A stretch of DNA of 64,000 nucleotides from Orbicella franksi (Eukaryota), in the NCBI GenBank assembly GCA_964199315.1, contig OZ116710.1, forward strand, positions 14,880,001 to 14,944,000, written 5' to 3'. Both the position numbers and the translations under genes were made by a program. Of this stretch, positions 1 to 12,371 are shown piece by piece. The stretch's first letter is position 1; the number at the start of each line of letters is the position of its first letter. The notes under the pieces were generated by a model, which did no database searches, was not told the origin of the DNA, and saw nothing but the letters and a program-made list of their open reading frames with translations.

Positions 1-1301
1 TTATTTATCTCCACTTATTAGTCCGTGTAACTGACGATGTCTGGAGATCTGACCCAGATAGTTACTGGTTACTAGTTACTATTGACTGGAAAATTTGCGT
101 GCGAACGGCCTTAAATACAGCGTTACTCGTGTAATGTGAAACCGGGGAAAAGTAGCATAATGATATACATGTACCAGGTGACCTCCTGACCTCAGAGGTC
201 AGTCAAGTTGTTAGTTCAATGTATGGGGACTGATTTATTTACTCATGAGTCGACATGAGGCATATGGATCTGAGAAACTAATTTGCTACGGTTTCAAGCA
301 AATATTCTATCATATTTTTAAAGGACTCTCGACTTAGCAAGACGATGAAAACAGCCAGGACTGTGTGTGCCACTCAGTGTCTCATCTCAAATATAAACAT
401 TGTCGACCTTGTCGAATTTTATGGCCATTTATGTCCGCTGTTTTACTGGAAATATTTTACAGAACAGCTCACAAGGACACTGGGAAGTTAAAATCTTTTC
501 TATAGCAGCAGAAGGAACATATAAGTAACAGTGAGTCATTGTTTCCTGTTTTAAACTGTTGACTTCCAAAGAATAACCTTGTGATTTGCATAAAATTGAA
601 CTCGCTTACATGCCGTAACATTTTATTTTACTGATGGAGAACATTTTAATTCCCAGAGCTATAACTTTTCGGGTGAAAAAAAACAAGAACCAAGGTTTCC
701 TAAAATGTAGATATTTTGACCAAATGATATATACCAGGGGCCATTTACACTAGTCAAAGTTGGCCTTTATTTGTTCCTCGCCAAGAGACACAAATGGTGG
801 CTGTACAAAATACCCTTCGTTACAAAGCTACAAACCAAACTTCAAGAAACTTATTACACGATTTTAAAGTATAAGAATGAAATAATATTTGTGCCGAGCT
901 TTGTTGTCATAGGATTGTTTTTACGCCCATGCTGTTTTCGTAAAGAAGCGTGAAACTCTGAACATTTTAAGCCGTGAAAACCGCCATTATATGCAAATTT
1001 CGAACTTTCTTAAATTTTGGCCGTAAAATAAATCATTGCAACTTTAAACTATGTTTCCTTGAATAAGTTAACCCAAAGGGATGTTTTGGCGAAATAAAAG
1101 AAAATTCGATTTTTCGTGACTGTCTTCCAATTCTCAGCACTCTCAAAAATCACTCTTAAGTTGGTGACCTCAACTAGTGCTGTTTCTGCTGGGTTGCCAA
1201 TGGTAACACTGCTTCTATTAAATGTACATTCATGTGCTGTATCTGTGTAAGTTACAAACTCCTCCATTGTTCCTAAAAAATGTGTAAGACTGAAATTTTA
1301 C

Positions 1302-2577
1302 CTATTTGGAGGCTCGATTGGTTTTATGTATATTTTCTTGACTGGTCTTTCTGCATCAGTTACATTGCTGATCTCTCCATCCATCTCCTGTCTGTCTCTT
1401 TTCCTCTTTGATCTTTCATGGCTACTGATTGATGAAGGTGATGGACAGGCCTGCAAATAGAATAATAGCAAAACACACAAACTTAGTAAGCTGGCAGAAT
1501 ACAAGTCAAAACTAGGGTTGTTATTATACCCTGCTATATATTAATCATAGGTGCAAATGTATAAATGTACACCAAAATAGGTTGTGTAGGGTTCTCTGAT
1601 CAGTACCTGTAGTTATAGATCTACATCCCAAGAAAGATTTGAATGTGTGTCATATTTTGGTTGTAACTTGAAACCTGGAAAGTCTCGTCACCATTCTTGT
1701 TGCGAGGATGGCAACATGCAGTTGTATGACCAGGACTTGACACAAAATGGTATTGTGTGGTCTATTAATTCTGCATGGTTTTGAATCTTCCTTTTATTTA
1801 CTTTTGTCCATCTTTAGTGTGTTTAGTGAAATCCCTGAACTATAAGTAGTGATCATCACACGACTGTTACATGTAGAAATTGTAGATTGTGCATTGCACA
1901 CTGTATTTAAATTGATTCCGTATGGAAAACTGGAACACTAACATAAAAGAAACCCTTCTGAACAGATGGTAACAACTACTAGCACCTTAGAAGCTGATGG
2001 TTTACATCATCTCATTGATTTCAGCTCATTGCGCTTTTCTTGCTACTGAGAACATGTAAATTAAATTTTCATCACAGTCACAGCTGTTAATTAACACATC
2101 AAAACAACACATATATTTTATGAATAAATATACGTGCATGAAAGTATTTTAAATACTCACACTTGGACCTGGATCGAACCTTGGTTTCTTCCTCTCTCTG
2201 GATGCTGATCTCTTTTTCTTTTTCTTTTTTGATGAATGGTCCTTAGATTTTGTTTTGTCTGGATTCAATGAAGGTCTACTGCTTGTCGATGAACTTTGAG
2301 GATCTGGCTTGGCAGTGACTTTCTCTTGGCTACCTCCTACTTTAAGAACTAGTTTGATAGGTTTTTCAGCTTTCTCAGCCTTCTCTGACCTTTCGGGTTT
2401 TTCTAATGGATAAGAGTATGAATTCTTATGTTTAACGCACCACTCCGCGGTGTTAACCGCGGTTAGCGTTTATAACTACAATACATGTCGTGACCGACAG
2501 CGTTAACACATTTACCTACCTTCAACGCCATCAGTGCCTTTCTTATGGTGTTTCTTACTTTTGTGCTTCTTTCCCAT
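1302..2577 (-). CDS. BRD7: BRD7/BRD9-like bromodomain protein, 5' exons only (gene continues off the left edge)
   Basis: Exons 2577-2520 (MGKKHKSKKHHKKGTDGVE), 2402-2161 (EKPERSEKAEKAEKPIKLVLKVGGSQ...KKKKKKRS...DPGPS) and 1450-1302 (ACPSPSS...KPIEPPN) have GT-AG boundaries and consistent phases. MGKKHK and KPxKLVLKVGG match the BRD7/BRD9 N-terminus. The bromodomain itself was not found in the window, and BRD7 versus BRD9 cannot be resolved. Confidence 0.8.
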
Positions 2578-2776
2578 GGTTTCCTAGTATTTAACAGACA
2601 CCTTTTTTCTTTCTTAACTGTCAAAACTTGACTCCTATTTCGCTACGTCCCCAAGAGACAATGCTTCGTGGCCGCCATGTTGAAAACATCGTCCCATGAT
2701 GCACAGTAATCACAGCGTAAATTCCTCACCAGTGCCCCCGCGTCTCCCGACAACTTGTTGGAACGAAAAGCAAAAC
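2578..2776. promoter_or_regulatory. Compact bidirectional promoter between the BRD7/9-like gene and SCCPDH
   Basis: Divergent start codons at 2577 (minus) and 2777 (plus) are 200 bp apart. gccgccatgttg at 2671-2682 reads CAACATGGCGGC on the minus strand, close to the YY1-type motif. Confidence 0.6.
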
Positions 2777-5700
2777 ATGGCGAGCGCGGACAGACAATTC
2801 TCCATCGTTGTGTTTGGAGCAAGTGGATTCACCGGCCAGTTTGTGGTGAGGGAGGTAGCAAGAAACTGCAGAGGAAAGTTCAAGTGGGCTGTAGCTGGTC
2901 GCAGTAAAGACAAACTGGAAAAGGTTTTGCAGGAAACTGCAGACGAGCTCGGTAGGTGACGACGTCATGGAAGATTATTTAATTTTTTTTGGATGGTTCT
3001 TTGTGTGTTTCGGGGCGATAATCTCATTCATTTTGGACAGATGAGAAGAAAAATACGAGGGATACTTTCTTCTTTATTTGTCGCTTTGGGTTTTTTAGTA
3101 CAGTTCATTAAAAAAAACTATGGTCATGGAAATATACTCAGAAGCTTACACGTACATTGTAAACTTCAGCTCATTAAATTTTTACTTGTATGTCATAAGC
3201 TTAACATGTGCACTGCAAACTTGTGAACTTCAGATCTTTGGACCCTTTATTCGTCACGCGACAATTTTAATTCCAAAGATTGTAGTTGTTAGATGCTTCT
3301 GCTGTAGGATCTTTGCAAGATCGATCTTCCACGTGCGCCACCACAGGCCAAAAATCAAGGGACTTTTTGTGTACCTCCAAAACTCTGGTTTTAACTTCAC
3401 ATAAAACAGTTGTATCAAAATTGGTCTCAATAACATCAGTTCTCTGCATACGTATATTAACACATCTGCAAAAAATAATAATTATCACGTGTTACCAGAG
3501 TGGTATCACTGAAACAAAATCTGGCAGGGGGCATTACAAAAATGAAGGTCGACTGCAAGATTTGCTGTCAGTAGAAGAGGTTGTTGGAGGTAATGCAGTT
3601 CAAGAAATTGCATTCCCACTTAAATCCAAGACCGGTGATAAATTACTGGGGTGGACACAGGATTTTAGAGAAGGGGGCTTGAGATACAGACCACTAACTA
3701 GGTGATCCCCTGTATGGGACATCCAGGGGCCCCCTCCCCTGGAACATTTTCAAAATTGAGGCCCTGGGAAATGGGATTTCTGGCATTCCGAGGCCAAGTC
3801 AGAGTGTTATGTCTCATTTTTTTAATTTAGGGGGTTGAATTAACCTAATCCCCCGCACCGACTTACACGACCTACAGCTGAAGGTCTGCCCCAGAATTAT
3901 TAATGTAATTTACCTCTATAAAATGAGCAAGGTTTCAAAATAAGTCGAAAGCTTGTGAAAATCTGTTAACAAGTTACCCCGAGTTCCCGAGTCTAGAGCT
4001 TTCTTTCTGGCTGTTGAGTCGTGCTTCAGGACCAGTTTGAACTATTTTTGTGTCTGTTTATGTCTAGGCTATGATGTTAAGGATGTGGGTGTTATGGTTG
4101 CTGATGTTAGTGATGAATCCTCACTAAATGCAATGTGTTCAGCGGCCAAGATAGTCTTAAATTGCGTTGGTCCGGTATGTAGGCTTTTTTGTAATTGTTT
4201 TTTTCTTTTATTTTTAAATTTGACAGGCGAGAGGCAAATACTATAGTAGTTGTTGAGACTCAAATGAGCCAAGTAGATGACTGTATATTTCTTGGCTTAC
4301 AAATCGAACATACTGTCTGATTGCTAGGTTTTATAAAATTCTTTTGATGAACACAAGCAAGCATAGCATGTCAATATTTTTGAAATTGAGATAATGCAAG
4401 ATTGGCTCATCATTTCCAAAACATAATCCTGACTGAAATAAAACATCAGCTGAACTTCGCTAATCTTTCAAAACAGGTATTTCTGTGACCTTGATAGGTG
4501 TATACATGAACAAGATACATGTATATCATTGCAAAACGTGTAGTACCTGATTAAACTACATTTTATCAGGGTACAGAAACGAGTAGTTAAGTGCACTACT
4601 TAGAACCTCTTTGTCTTGAACTTGGTTATTTCAAACTACCTGCTGTCTTAAATTCAAATCATTTTCCCTTGGATGTACTTTTTCAGTCACTTGCTCTTAG
4701 CTATCTTCAACTGTATATCATTTTGTGAGGTAGCGGGACTCAACTGCATGTACATGTAACAACCCAGGTATTAAGGTACCTGCCATATATATTTCCAGCT
4801 TTCTTTCAGTCCCCGTTTCACAGCAGACTTTGCAGTATGCATGCAATTTGATTATATAATGTTGCGATGACTGCATTGTGATTTGTTCTTTATTAAATTC
4901 CTTGTGGTTTATTACTTAATTTTCATTTCACAGTATCGATTTTATGGAGAACCTGTTGTTAAGGCAGCAGTGGAGAATGGCTGTCATCATTTGGATATTA
5001 GTGGAGAACCAGAGGTGGGATCAGCTTATTTTAATGTTTATTAGACTAGTATTATTGTACACTTAGAGTAATTTTTTAGGAATATTTAGTGTCCACCTCT
5101 CTGCAAACGTACATGTAGAACGATGTTTAATAACACTGTACACTGAGATACTCTTGGATCACTGTGGCTGTCCATGTTATTAAATGAGTGAGAGCTTGTT
5201 GCACGTATACCAACAGAAGGGTGGGGAGCAGGGATGGTCTTGTGGTGAGAGCAGTAGCGTCCCACCAGTGTTCCCTGGGTTTGATTCTGCCCCAGTGCTA
5301 TGTGTGGGTTGAGTTTGTTGTTGGAGGTTTTTACTCCGGGTTATCTGGTTTTCCTCCCTTCACAAAAACCAACATTTTCAAATTCCAATTCAATCAGCCA
5401 GACAGAAGGCATGCATTAAAACCAGCTAAGGCTGACGTGGCTTGCTCTTGAAATATTGTAAAGGGGACTAATCTAGACTGTTGTAACCTTATCCCCCCTT
5501 CTTCCTGGATAAAATCATCATTCATCATTATTAACAGTTACCTAAATGCAGCATTTTTTTAGTGTCCTGTAACAGTGCTCCTGGGCAAGGAAAGGTACTG
5601 CGAGAGTAAACCTAATTCTGCGCATTGTGTATCTTGTTTCAGTTCTTGGAGAAAATGCAATTTCAGTTCCATGACCAGGCTGTAAGTGCTGGCATCCACA

Positions 5701-8700
5701 TTGTCAGTACCTGTGGATTTGATAGCATTCCTGCAGACATGGGCGTGGTGTTTACACAAGAAAATTTCCCAGGTATGCTACATCTTGTAAGATTGAGTAA
5801 TAAAATGTATTATTATATTGATTTCATATCATGACTGCTAAAAATTAAATTTATTTTTAGTACAAAGTTTCATTATGAGCCATGTAGGCATCTCCACATG
5901 GAAATGATCATTGTTTGATTTTAAGAAGTATACATTTGTTAAAGTTTTTCCTGATGGATAAAGTCCTGTGATTTCTTTCAGGTGAATTGTGTCATTTGGA
6001 GAGCTTTTTAGCCTTGCATTCTGGCCCCAAGGTAGGTTGAACAGATTATCATGAAATCTTTGGAAATTATGATGTATACAGTTCACATAGTATGACTATA
6101 CGTGTATATGGTGGACCCATTAGTCCAAAAAAGGATCAAAATCAAATTGCTCATTACACTGTAAATTTGACCAAAAATGAAACTTGTCAGCCATGCTATG
6201 TTATTTTGAAGGTTGCTTAAAGAACTAATATTTAATTGCTGTCAATATTTAATAAACAGTCAAAGGTCCAAAGGAACTTTGGCCCAGCTGGGGGTTCCTT
6301 TTTTTGTGCAAATTTTTAAAGTTTCACTTGTTCATTCTCTCTTAGCCCCTACCCTGCCCTAATGAACACATCCTTTTTTTTTTTTGCTTTTTGTTTTTTT
6401 GTTTGGTAGATTTTTTTTTCACTATTGCATATAATACTAACATTACTTACACTACTAAGACTTCTTACAATACTAACATTACCTACAATACTTACATTAC
6501 TTACAATACTAATATCACTTACGCCACTACTGATATTACTTACAATACCACCGTTACTTACACTACGATTACTACTAACACTACGATTACACAGAACAAC
6601 TACTACAGATGCTCTGCCTACACAACTGATAATACAAATCTTGCTGTACATTGTACTCTAATTACACAATTACTTTTTGTGTTAACAAGATACTTTATAT
6701 AAAATTACAATACAGGTATTTGAGTTATCATGACTGTACATATAAATTTACATAATTTACAAGCAGCACTTACTCCTTTACAAAAAAATTGGATTGTTAT
6801 TCAAAACTAGGTTCCATTTTGCCTGAAAATGTGTTAAACACATCTTGATCCTTCCATCAATTGATTTGCAGTACAGACTATGGGCAGCTTAATATTTGTC
6901 TTTTTTTCAGGGATCTAAAGGACACTTTGGAACTTATCAATCAATCATTCATGGTGTGGCAAGTGCGAGGGAAGGAAATTTAAAAAAACTCCGAGCTCAG
7001 TTATATCCAAAGCCAATGCCAAAGTTTGGGCCCAAATTAGCCAGACGGTAAATCATGTTGAATAATTTTATATTTACATAATTTCTGGCAACTCACTGAA
7101 AAGTGAAATGTTCTCTTGTCAGGCAGTAATGCCACTTGTATTTTTCTTTGTAGAGGTTTCATTTCATTCAGCCATGAGGTCCAGAAGTGGTGCATTCCTT
7201 TTATGGGAGCTGATCCATCTGTTGTTAGAAGATCCCAGCGGCACAGTGTTGAAGTTCGGAATAAAAAGCCAGTTCAGTATGGAGCGTATGTCACCATGCC
7301 ACTGATCATCATTCTGCTTTTCATGTTCTTTGGCATCTTCTTTTTCCTGCTGTGTCAGTTTAAAAGGGGAAGAAAGTTGTTAGAAAGGGTATTTTAAGTT
7401 AATTGTTTTTTGTTGTCTTCTCACTCTGCCTGAAGATGTGCATTTCCAGAAAATATCCATACCCACCCCAAGGAAGGTTAACAGAAATTCCAAGGGGGAG
7501 GGGGGTTTCAAAAGCCAAATGTTTCAAAGGAAAGTATGACACTAAAATGGAATTTCTGGAGGGGTGGTGGTTTCAAGCTAAAAAACCTTCCGTGGGAGGG
7601 GTATGGATATTTTCTGGAACAACATGATATATAAATGTGCAATCCACGTAATGCAACACCAAACAAGTGTCAGTGCTAAATTTGCAAAACCTTGTGACCA
7701 TGTTCTTTTGTGCTGTAAGGATTTTTTTATTGTGCAGTTCCAGAAAATATCCATTCTCACGCCATGCAAAATCTTTGGATATTGTGGAAGGGTTGGGGAC
7801 AAGAGCCATGAGAAAAAAGTTTCTGAAGAGTGTGTGTGTGTTGGGGGGCATAAATAATATATTCAAGAAAATTACATTTGAAATCAATTTTAAAATTATG
7901 TGACTGTACATAATACTATACAATTGATTTCATTGATAGTCTTTTACATGGATTTCAAGAACTAACAGTGTTTTTGCCCTAATTTCTCTCATAGTACCCC
8001 CAGTTCTTTTCTGGTGGTTTCTTTAGTCATGAAGGACCTACCAGAGAACAGGTAAATGGGTGATTTTATTTTTTTCATAATCTTGACCATGAAGTTGATC
8101 TGAATGAAGTCACAACCAGGGCTCATTATTCTCAGTGGTACCTTTTATTGCACGACCCAAATTAGAGATATTCAGCTTTTTGGCAGTGTGTGTTCTGTAG
8201 AATCCCCTGTACACGTACTAAACAATAATATTATTGGATGAGGTTTCTGTGATATCCAGGATAATCAAGGTCAAGGTAGGGGTGGGTAAGGGTTCAATTT
8301 GCTCAGTGTCCAGCCCTTAATGAAACCCTTGCTTTATGAGTGCCATGAGTGTTAGTCCAGTCCAGCAATTCAAAACCTGGACTTGTCTGACTTCCTGTGC
8401 TACAGGCACATTTACAGCACATTTACAGCACATCCAACGACAGCATAATCAAATTTGTTGATTCATTTTCACAGATGGCAGAGTCGTCATTCTCTTTTTC
8501 ATTTCATGGAGCTGGATACAGCCAGAAAGCTCTGCAATCTGGGTAGGATGTTTTTAAGTTCTACATGTGTATGTTATTCTCTCTCTTGGCTTGTGGCTGT
8601 ACAAATTTCAGACCTATGTAGTCACTCAGCTAATTACACTACAGCACTTCCCTGCATGGTTTAATACAGTTGTGCAAAATTTGATTTCAGAACTCTTCCT

Positions 8701-11333
8701 GGTGAACTCGATGGTCAGATAGAAACCAAAGTTGTAGGACCTGGTGAGTTAAAATCTGGTAACTCATAACGGATCAGTCAACACATGTACATACATATAT
8801 GACTGTATAGTACATGTTTTAAGAATTTTGTTATCTATTTTCTCAGTCTGTATGCCAAACAGATTTCTGGACCTCCTACGTATTGTGAAATAAAACGTGT
8901 GTAAGTTGTAAAGAGTAATTAAGGGAAAACACTCATCTTGTTTTTTTGGAATGTGATTGAACATTGACTGTCTTTGTCTCATGACAGTCAAAGCTGTAAA
9001 TGGAGAGGGGGCATGTGGTCAGGGTGTGGTGTGGCTCAATATTCTTGGCATTTTTACCTTTTCCAAACTTGATTTTTTTTCATGAAGTATCTCTAAGAGA
9101 ATGCAGAAAACAGCATTTCAGAGCCTCCCAGTCTTTACTTTTCATGAATGTTTAATCACAGCCAGTTTCTAATTCCTGACTTTTTTAGGTGGGGTCATAC
9201 AGGTAGATTTTGAGAAAGACGTCATTAAACCTGCTTATGCCCAGTCTCTCCTTAGGCACTCAGTTGTTCATTATGGCCATTTATTTATTCTCAATTATTT
9301 CCAGCTTTTTCCAGCTTTATTCTCAATTACTTCCAGCTTTATTCTCAATTACTTCCAGCTTTTTCCAGCTTAATTCTCAATTATTTCCAGCTTTTTCCAG
9401 CTTAATTCTCAATTATTTCCAGCTTTTTCCAGCTTTATTCTCAATTATTTCCAGCTTTTTCCAGCTTTATTCTCAATTATTTCCAGCATTTTCCAGCTTT
9501 ATTCTCAATTATTACCAGCTTTTTCCAGCTTTATTCTCAATTATTTCCAGCTTTTTCCAGCTTAATTCTCGGTTATTTCCAGCTTTTTCCAGCTTAATTC
9601 ACAATTATTTCCAGCTTTTTCCAGCTTTATTCTCAATTATTCCCAGCTTTTTCCAGCTTTATTCTCAATTATTTCCAGCTTTTTCCAGCTTAATTCTCGG
9701 TTATTTCCAGCTTTTTCCAGCTTTATTCTCAATTATTTCCAGCTTTTTCCAGCTTTATTCTCAATTATTTCCAGCATTTTCCAGCTTTATTCTCAATTAT
9801 TACCAGCTTTTTCCAGCTTTATTCTCAATTATTACCAGCTTTTTCCAGCTTTATTCTCAATTATTTCCAGCTTTTTCCAACTTAATTCTCGGTTATTTCC
9901 AGCTTTTTCCAGCTTAATTCTCAATTATTTCCAGCTTTTCCAGCTTTATTCTCAATTATTCCCAGCTTTTTTCAGCTTTATTCCCAATTATTTCCAGCTT
10001 TTTCCAGCTTAATTCTCGGTTATTTCCAGCTTTTTCCAGCTTTATTCTTGATTATTTCCAGCTTTTTCCAGCTTTATTCTCGATTATTCCCAGCTTTTTG
10101 CAGCTTTATTTTCAATTATTTCTGAGCAGCTTTTTTCAAACTTTATTCTCAGTTATTCCCAGGTTTTCCAAGCTTTATGCTCAGTTATTCTCAGGTTCTT
10201 CAAGCTTTGTTCTCACTTATTCCCAGCTTTTCCAAGCTTTATTCTAAGTCATTCCTAGGATTTCAAAGCTTTATTCTCACTTATTCCCAGCTTTTGCAAG
10301 CTTTATTCTCACTTATTTCCAGGTTTTCCAAGCTTTATTCTCAGTTATTCCCCGTGTGTCCAAGCTTTATCCTCAGTTATTTCCCCCTTTTCCAGAATTT
10401 CATTTTCAGTTTTTCCCAGTTTTTCAAAGCTTTATCCTCAGTCATTCTCAGGTTTTCCAAGCTTTATTCTTAATTATTTTCTACTTTCTGAGCTTTTAAA
10501 AACTTTTTTTTGAGTTATTCTCAGCTTTTCCGAATGATTTTTTGACATTGTAATGTTTTCGTCCCCTCAGAGGCAGGGTATGTGGCCACGCCTATCTGCA
10601 TGGTGCAGGCTGCATTGGTGATCCTGGAAGAGACGTTGCCAAACAGGTAATTAAATCTAGTCGATGTTGTTTTACCAAGTAAAAGCGATCATCTTTTAAA
10701 TCAATGCAAGTGAGTGCTATTGTAAAAGATTGTGCCCATACAAAAGCGTATATTGCAGTTATTGATATATGGTGGAGTGCAGAAAGTAAGACTAGATCGC
10801 TGTTTTCTAGTTCAGTAGTTATGCGATTCTTTTGCCTTTTCTCTCGACGTATTCGTATCTTTTAAGTAGGAAAAACAAAAAGTGTTTGTTTAGTTTTCGT
10901 ACGAAAATGGGGTGTTTTGTTCCGTTCACTTCTTGTTTTTGAAATTACATTTGACTTTTCCCTGGTAACTATCCTGGTTCCAGAAGTTTTCTCTTCTGTT
11001 TTTGAATCAAATGTAACCTGCGTAATGGCGAAAACGAGCCGGACGCTGTAGTAGCAGAGAGAAGAAAGAAAACCTCTGGAACCGGGGTACTTGGTATAAT
11101 GTCGTCTCTTACGAAAACCTCAATCTCATTCGATTCTGAAGGAAAGATTTGTGATTTCACTGAATCAGTGAAGTACAGGGCGAATATTACCTGTGGTGTT
11201 CAATTCATTATACCTCAATTTCAGTGGCGGCGTTCTGACTCCAGCCGCAGCCTTCACTGGCACGTCTTTGATTGATCGACTCAATGAACATGGCGTCAAA
11301 TTCACGGTGGAACGCTGCGAAGTCGAAGAGTAA
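2777..11333 (+). CDS. SCCPDH: Saccharopine dehydrogenase-like oxidoreductase, complete, 12 exons
   Basis: Exons 2777-2951, 4068-4174, 4934-5014, 5643-5772, 5982-6031, 6911-7047, 7154-7388, 7995-8051, 8475-8542, 8691-8743, 10571-10646 and 11225-11333 are all GT-AG and in phase. Motifs: Rossmann GASGFTG, WAVAGRS, LNCVGPYRFYGEPVV, HLDISGEP, CGFDSIPADMG, IPFMGADPSVVRRSQ, GPEAGYVATPICMVQAA, GGVLTPAAAF, LIDRLNEHGVKF. Confidence 0.96.
5224..5460 (+). mobile_element. tRNA-derived SINE with V-domain-like core (SCCPDH intron 3)
   Basis: A-box-like TGGTCTTGTGG and B-box-like GGGTTTGATTC are followed by TGTGGGTTGAGTTTG...TTTACTCCGGGTTATCTGGTTTTCCTCCC, which resembles the V-SINE central domain. Confidence 0.65.
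6430..6720. repeat. Degenerate ~18 bp A/C/T-rich tandem repeat (TACTAACATTACTTACAA-like)
   Basis: Recurrent tactaacatt/acttacaa/actacgatt units are visible in SCCPDH intron 5 and explain the low-complexity ORFs there. Confidence 0.75.
7436..7624. mobile_element. MITE with TIR TGTG.A.TTCCAGAAAATATCCATAC; second partial copy at ~7731-7850
   Basis: ttccagaaaatatccatac at the left end and gtatggatattttctggaac at the right end form an inverted pair. Confidence 0.7.
9290..10530. repeat. 33 bp higher-order tandem repeat made of three 11 bp subunits (SCCPDH intron 10)
   Basis: The unit ttccagctttt-ttccagcttta-ttctcaattat repeats with high fidelity to ~10110, then decays into variants such as ttcccaggttt-tccaagcttta-ttctcagttat. 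Confidence 0.95.
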
Positions 11334-12371
11334 GGCGACTTGCCCGGTGGTCACTCTCGCAAGAGAAAATAGGAAGGGGAAGAGGAAGGGAAGAAAATAC
11401 GAGAACAATTGTGATGCCGAATGGCGTCCAGACATACTACCTTGACTGTTAGTAGCAATTAAAATTAAGCAGATGGTGTAATATTGTGATATGAATGTCA
11501 GAATCGACTGGATCCGATTGGGAACCAAAAAATAAATTTTGATCATGGTAACGAGAACACTTAACACAATAATGAAAAAGTTAAATGGCATGCAAACCTC
11601 CAAGAGTGATTCAGTAATATCAGGATTAGACAGGATTGGCAGTAATTCTGTAGAAGTTTTATATTTTTGGTTTACTTTTTAACATTGAGGGCACGATATG
11701 CTCCACGAAGGTAGACAACTTAAGCTTTTGGTTCGATACAGTATATTTTCTGTTGTTTGTTTATTTTACACATTTTGATTACTTACTAACTTTTACTAAG
11801 TGCAGGTCGAGTGATAAAGAACTTATAAATAACAAAAAAACATACACCGCTTCAATTAACCATCGAAATACATTATTAAGCACGATGACATAATTGTGGA
11901 AACATATGATTTATATATTATGATAATAAAATTATTCATGGGTAATTGTTATTAAATTGTTACCGTTCTGTCTACATTTTGCCCTGTCCTATAGCTGTCC
12001 ATGTGACCACAGTGTTTAATGTTAAAATTGTTATCAGCTTTGAGAGCCTGTTTTATTTATTTATTTATTTATTTATTTTTTTACAGCGACGCAAGCATAA
12101 GCTTAAGCACAAGAAGGCATTGAAACACCGAGAAACACAAAACGCAAGTCTGAAAATCGAAAATTTCTGATCTCTCGCGCGCTTATGCTTGCGCCTCCAT
12201 GCTAAAATGATAAAAAAAGATAAAACAACATTTATTACAAAACTGTTTTATTCGCCACCGAAAAACCTTTCGGTGGTTATTTAAACTATTTCAAGAAAAT
12301 GCCTTTAAAACCTTAATTAACCTTAACCTGGCTTTTTTTCTTTAACAACACGTTCATAATCTCTCTGCGTG

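Noticed and set aside
1049-1267. 72 aa minus-strand ORF as the next BRD7/9 exon
   Set aside because: A phase-compatible acceptor exists near 1218, but the peptide does not resemble the expected pre-bromodomain sequence. Left unassigned.
6349-6702. Overlapping T/N/Y-rich and V/S-rich ORFs
   Set aside because: They are products of the low-complexity intronic repeat.
9210-10473. 235 aa and 98 aa ORFs rich in F/S/Q/L
   Set aside because: They are translations of the 33 bp satellite, whose unit length is a multiple of 3, inside a SCCPDH intron.
9290-10530. Regular ~33 bp repeats as a possible CRISPR array
   Set aside because: Units are contiguous with no unique spacers, there are no cas genes, and the context is a eukaryotic intron.
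10969-11603. Minus-strand ORFs (63 aa and 131 aa) suggesting a nested antisense gene
   Set aside because: One overlaps the real SCCPDH last exon and 3' UTR in antisense. Neither shows a recognisable domain or a linked exon chain.
12077-12170. Apparent acceptor plus basic exon RRKHKLKHKKALKH
   Set aside because: It lies after the SCCPDH stop, and the gcaagcataagc/gcttatgcttgc pattern looks like a repeat remnant.
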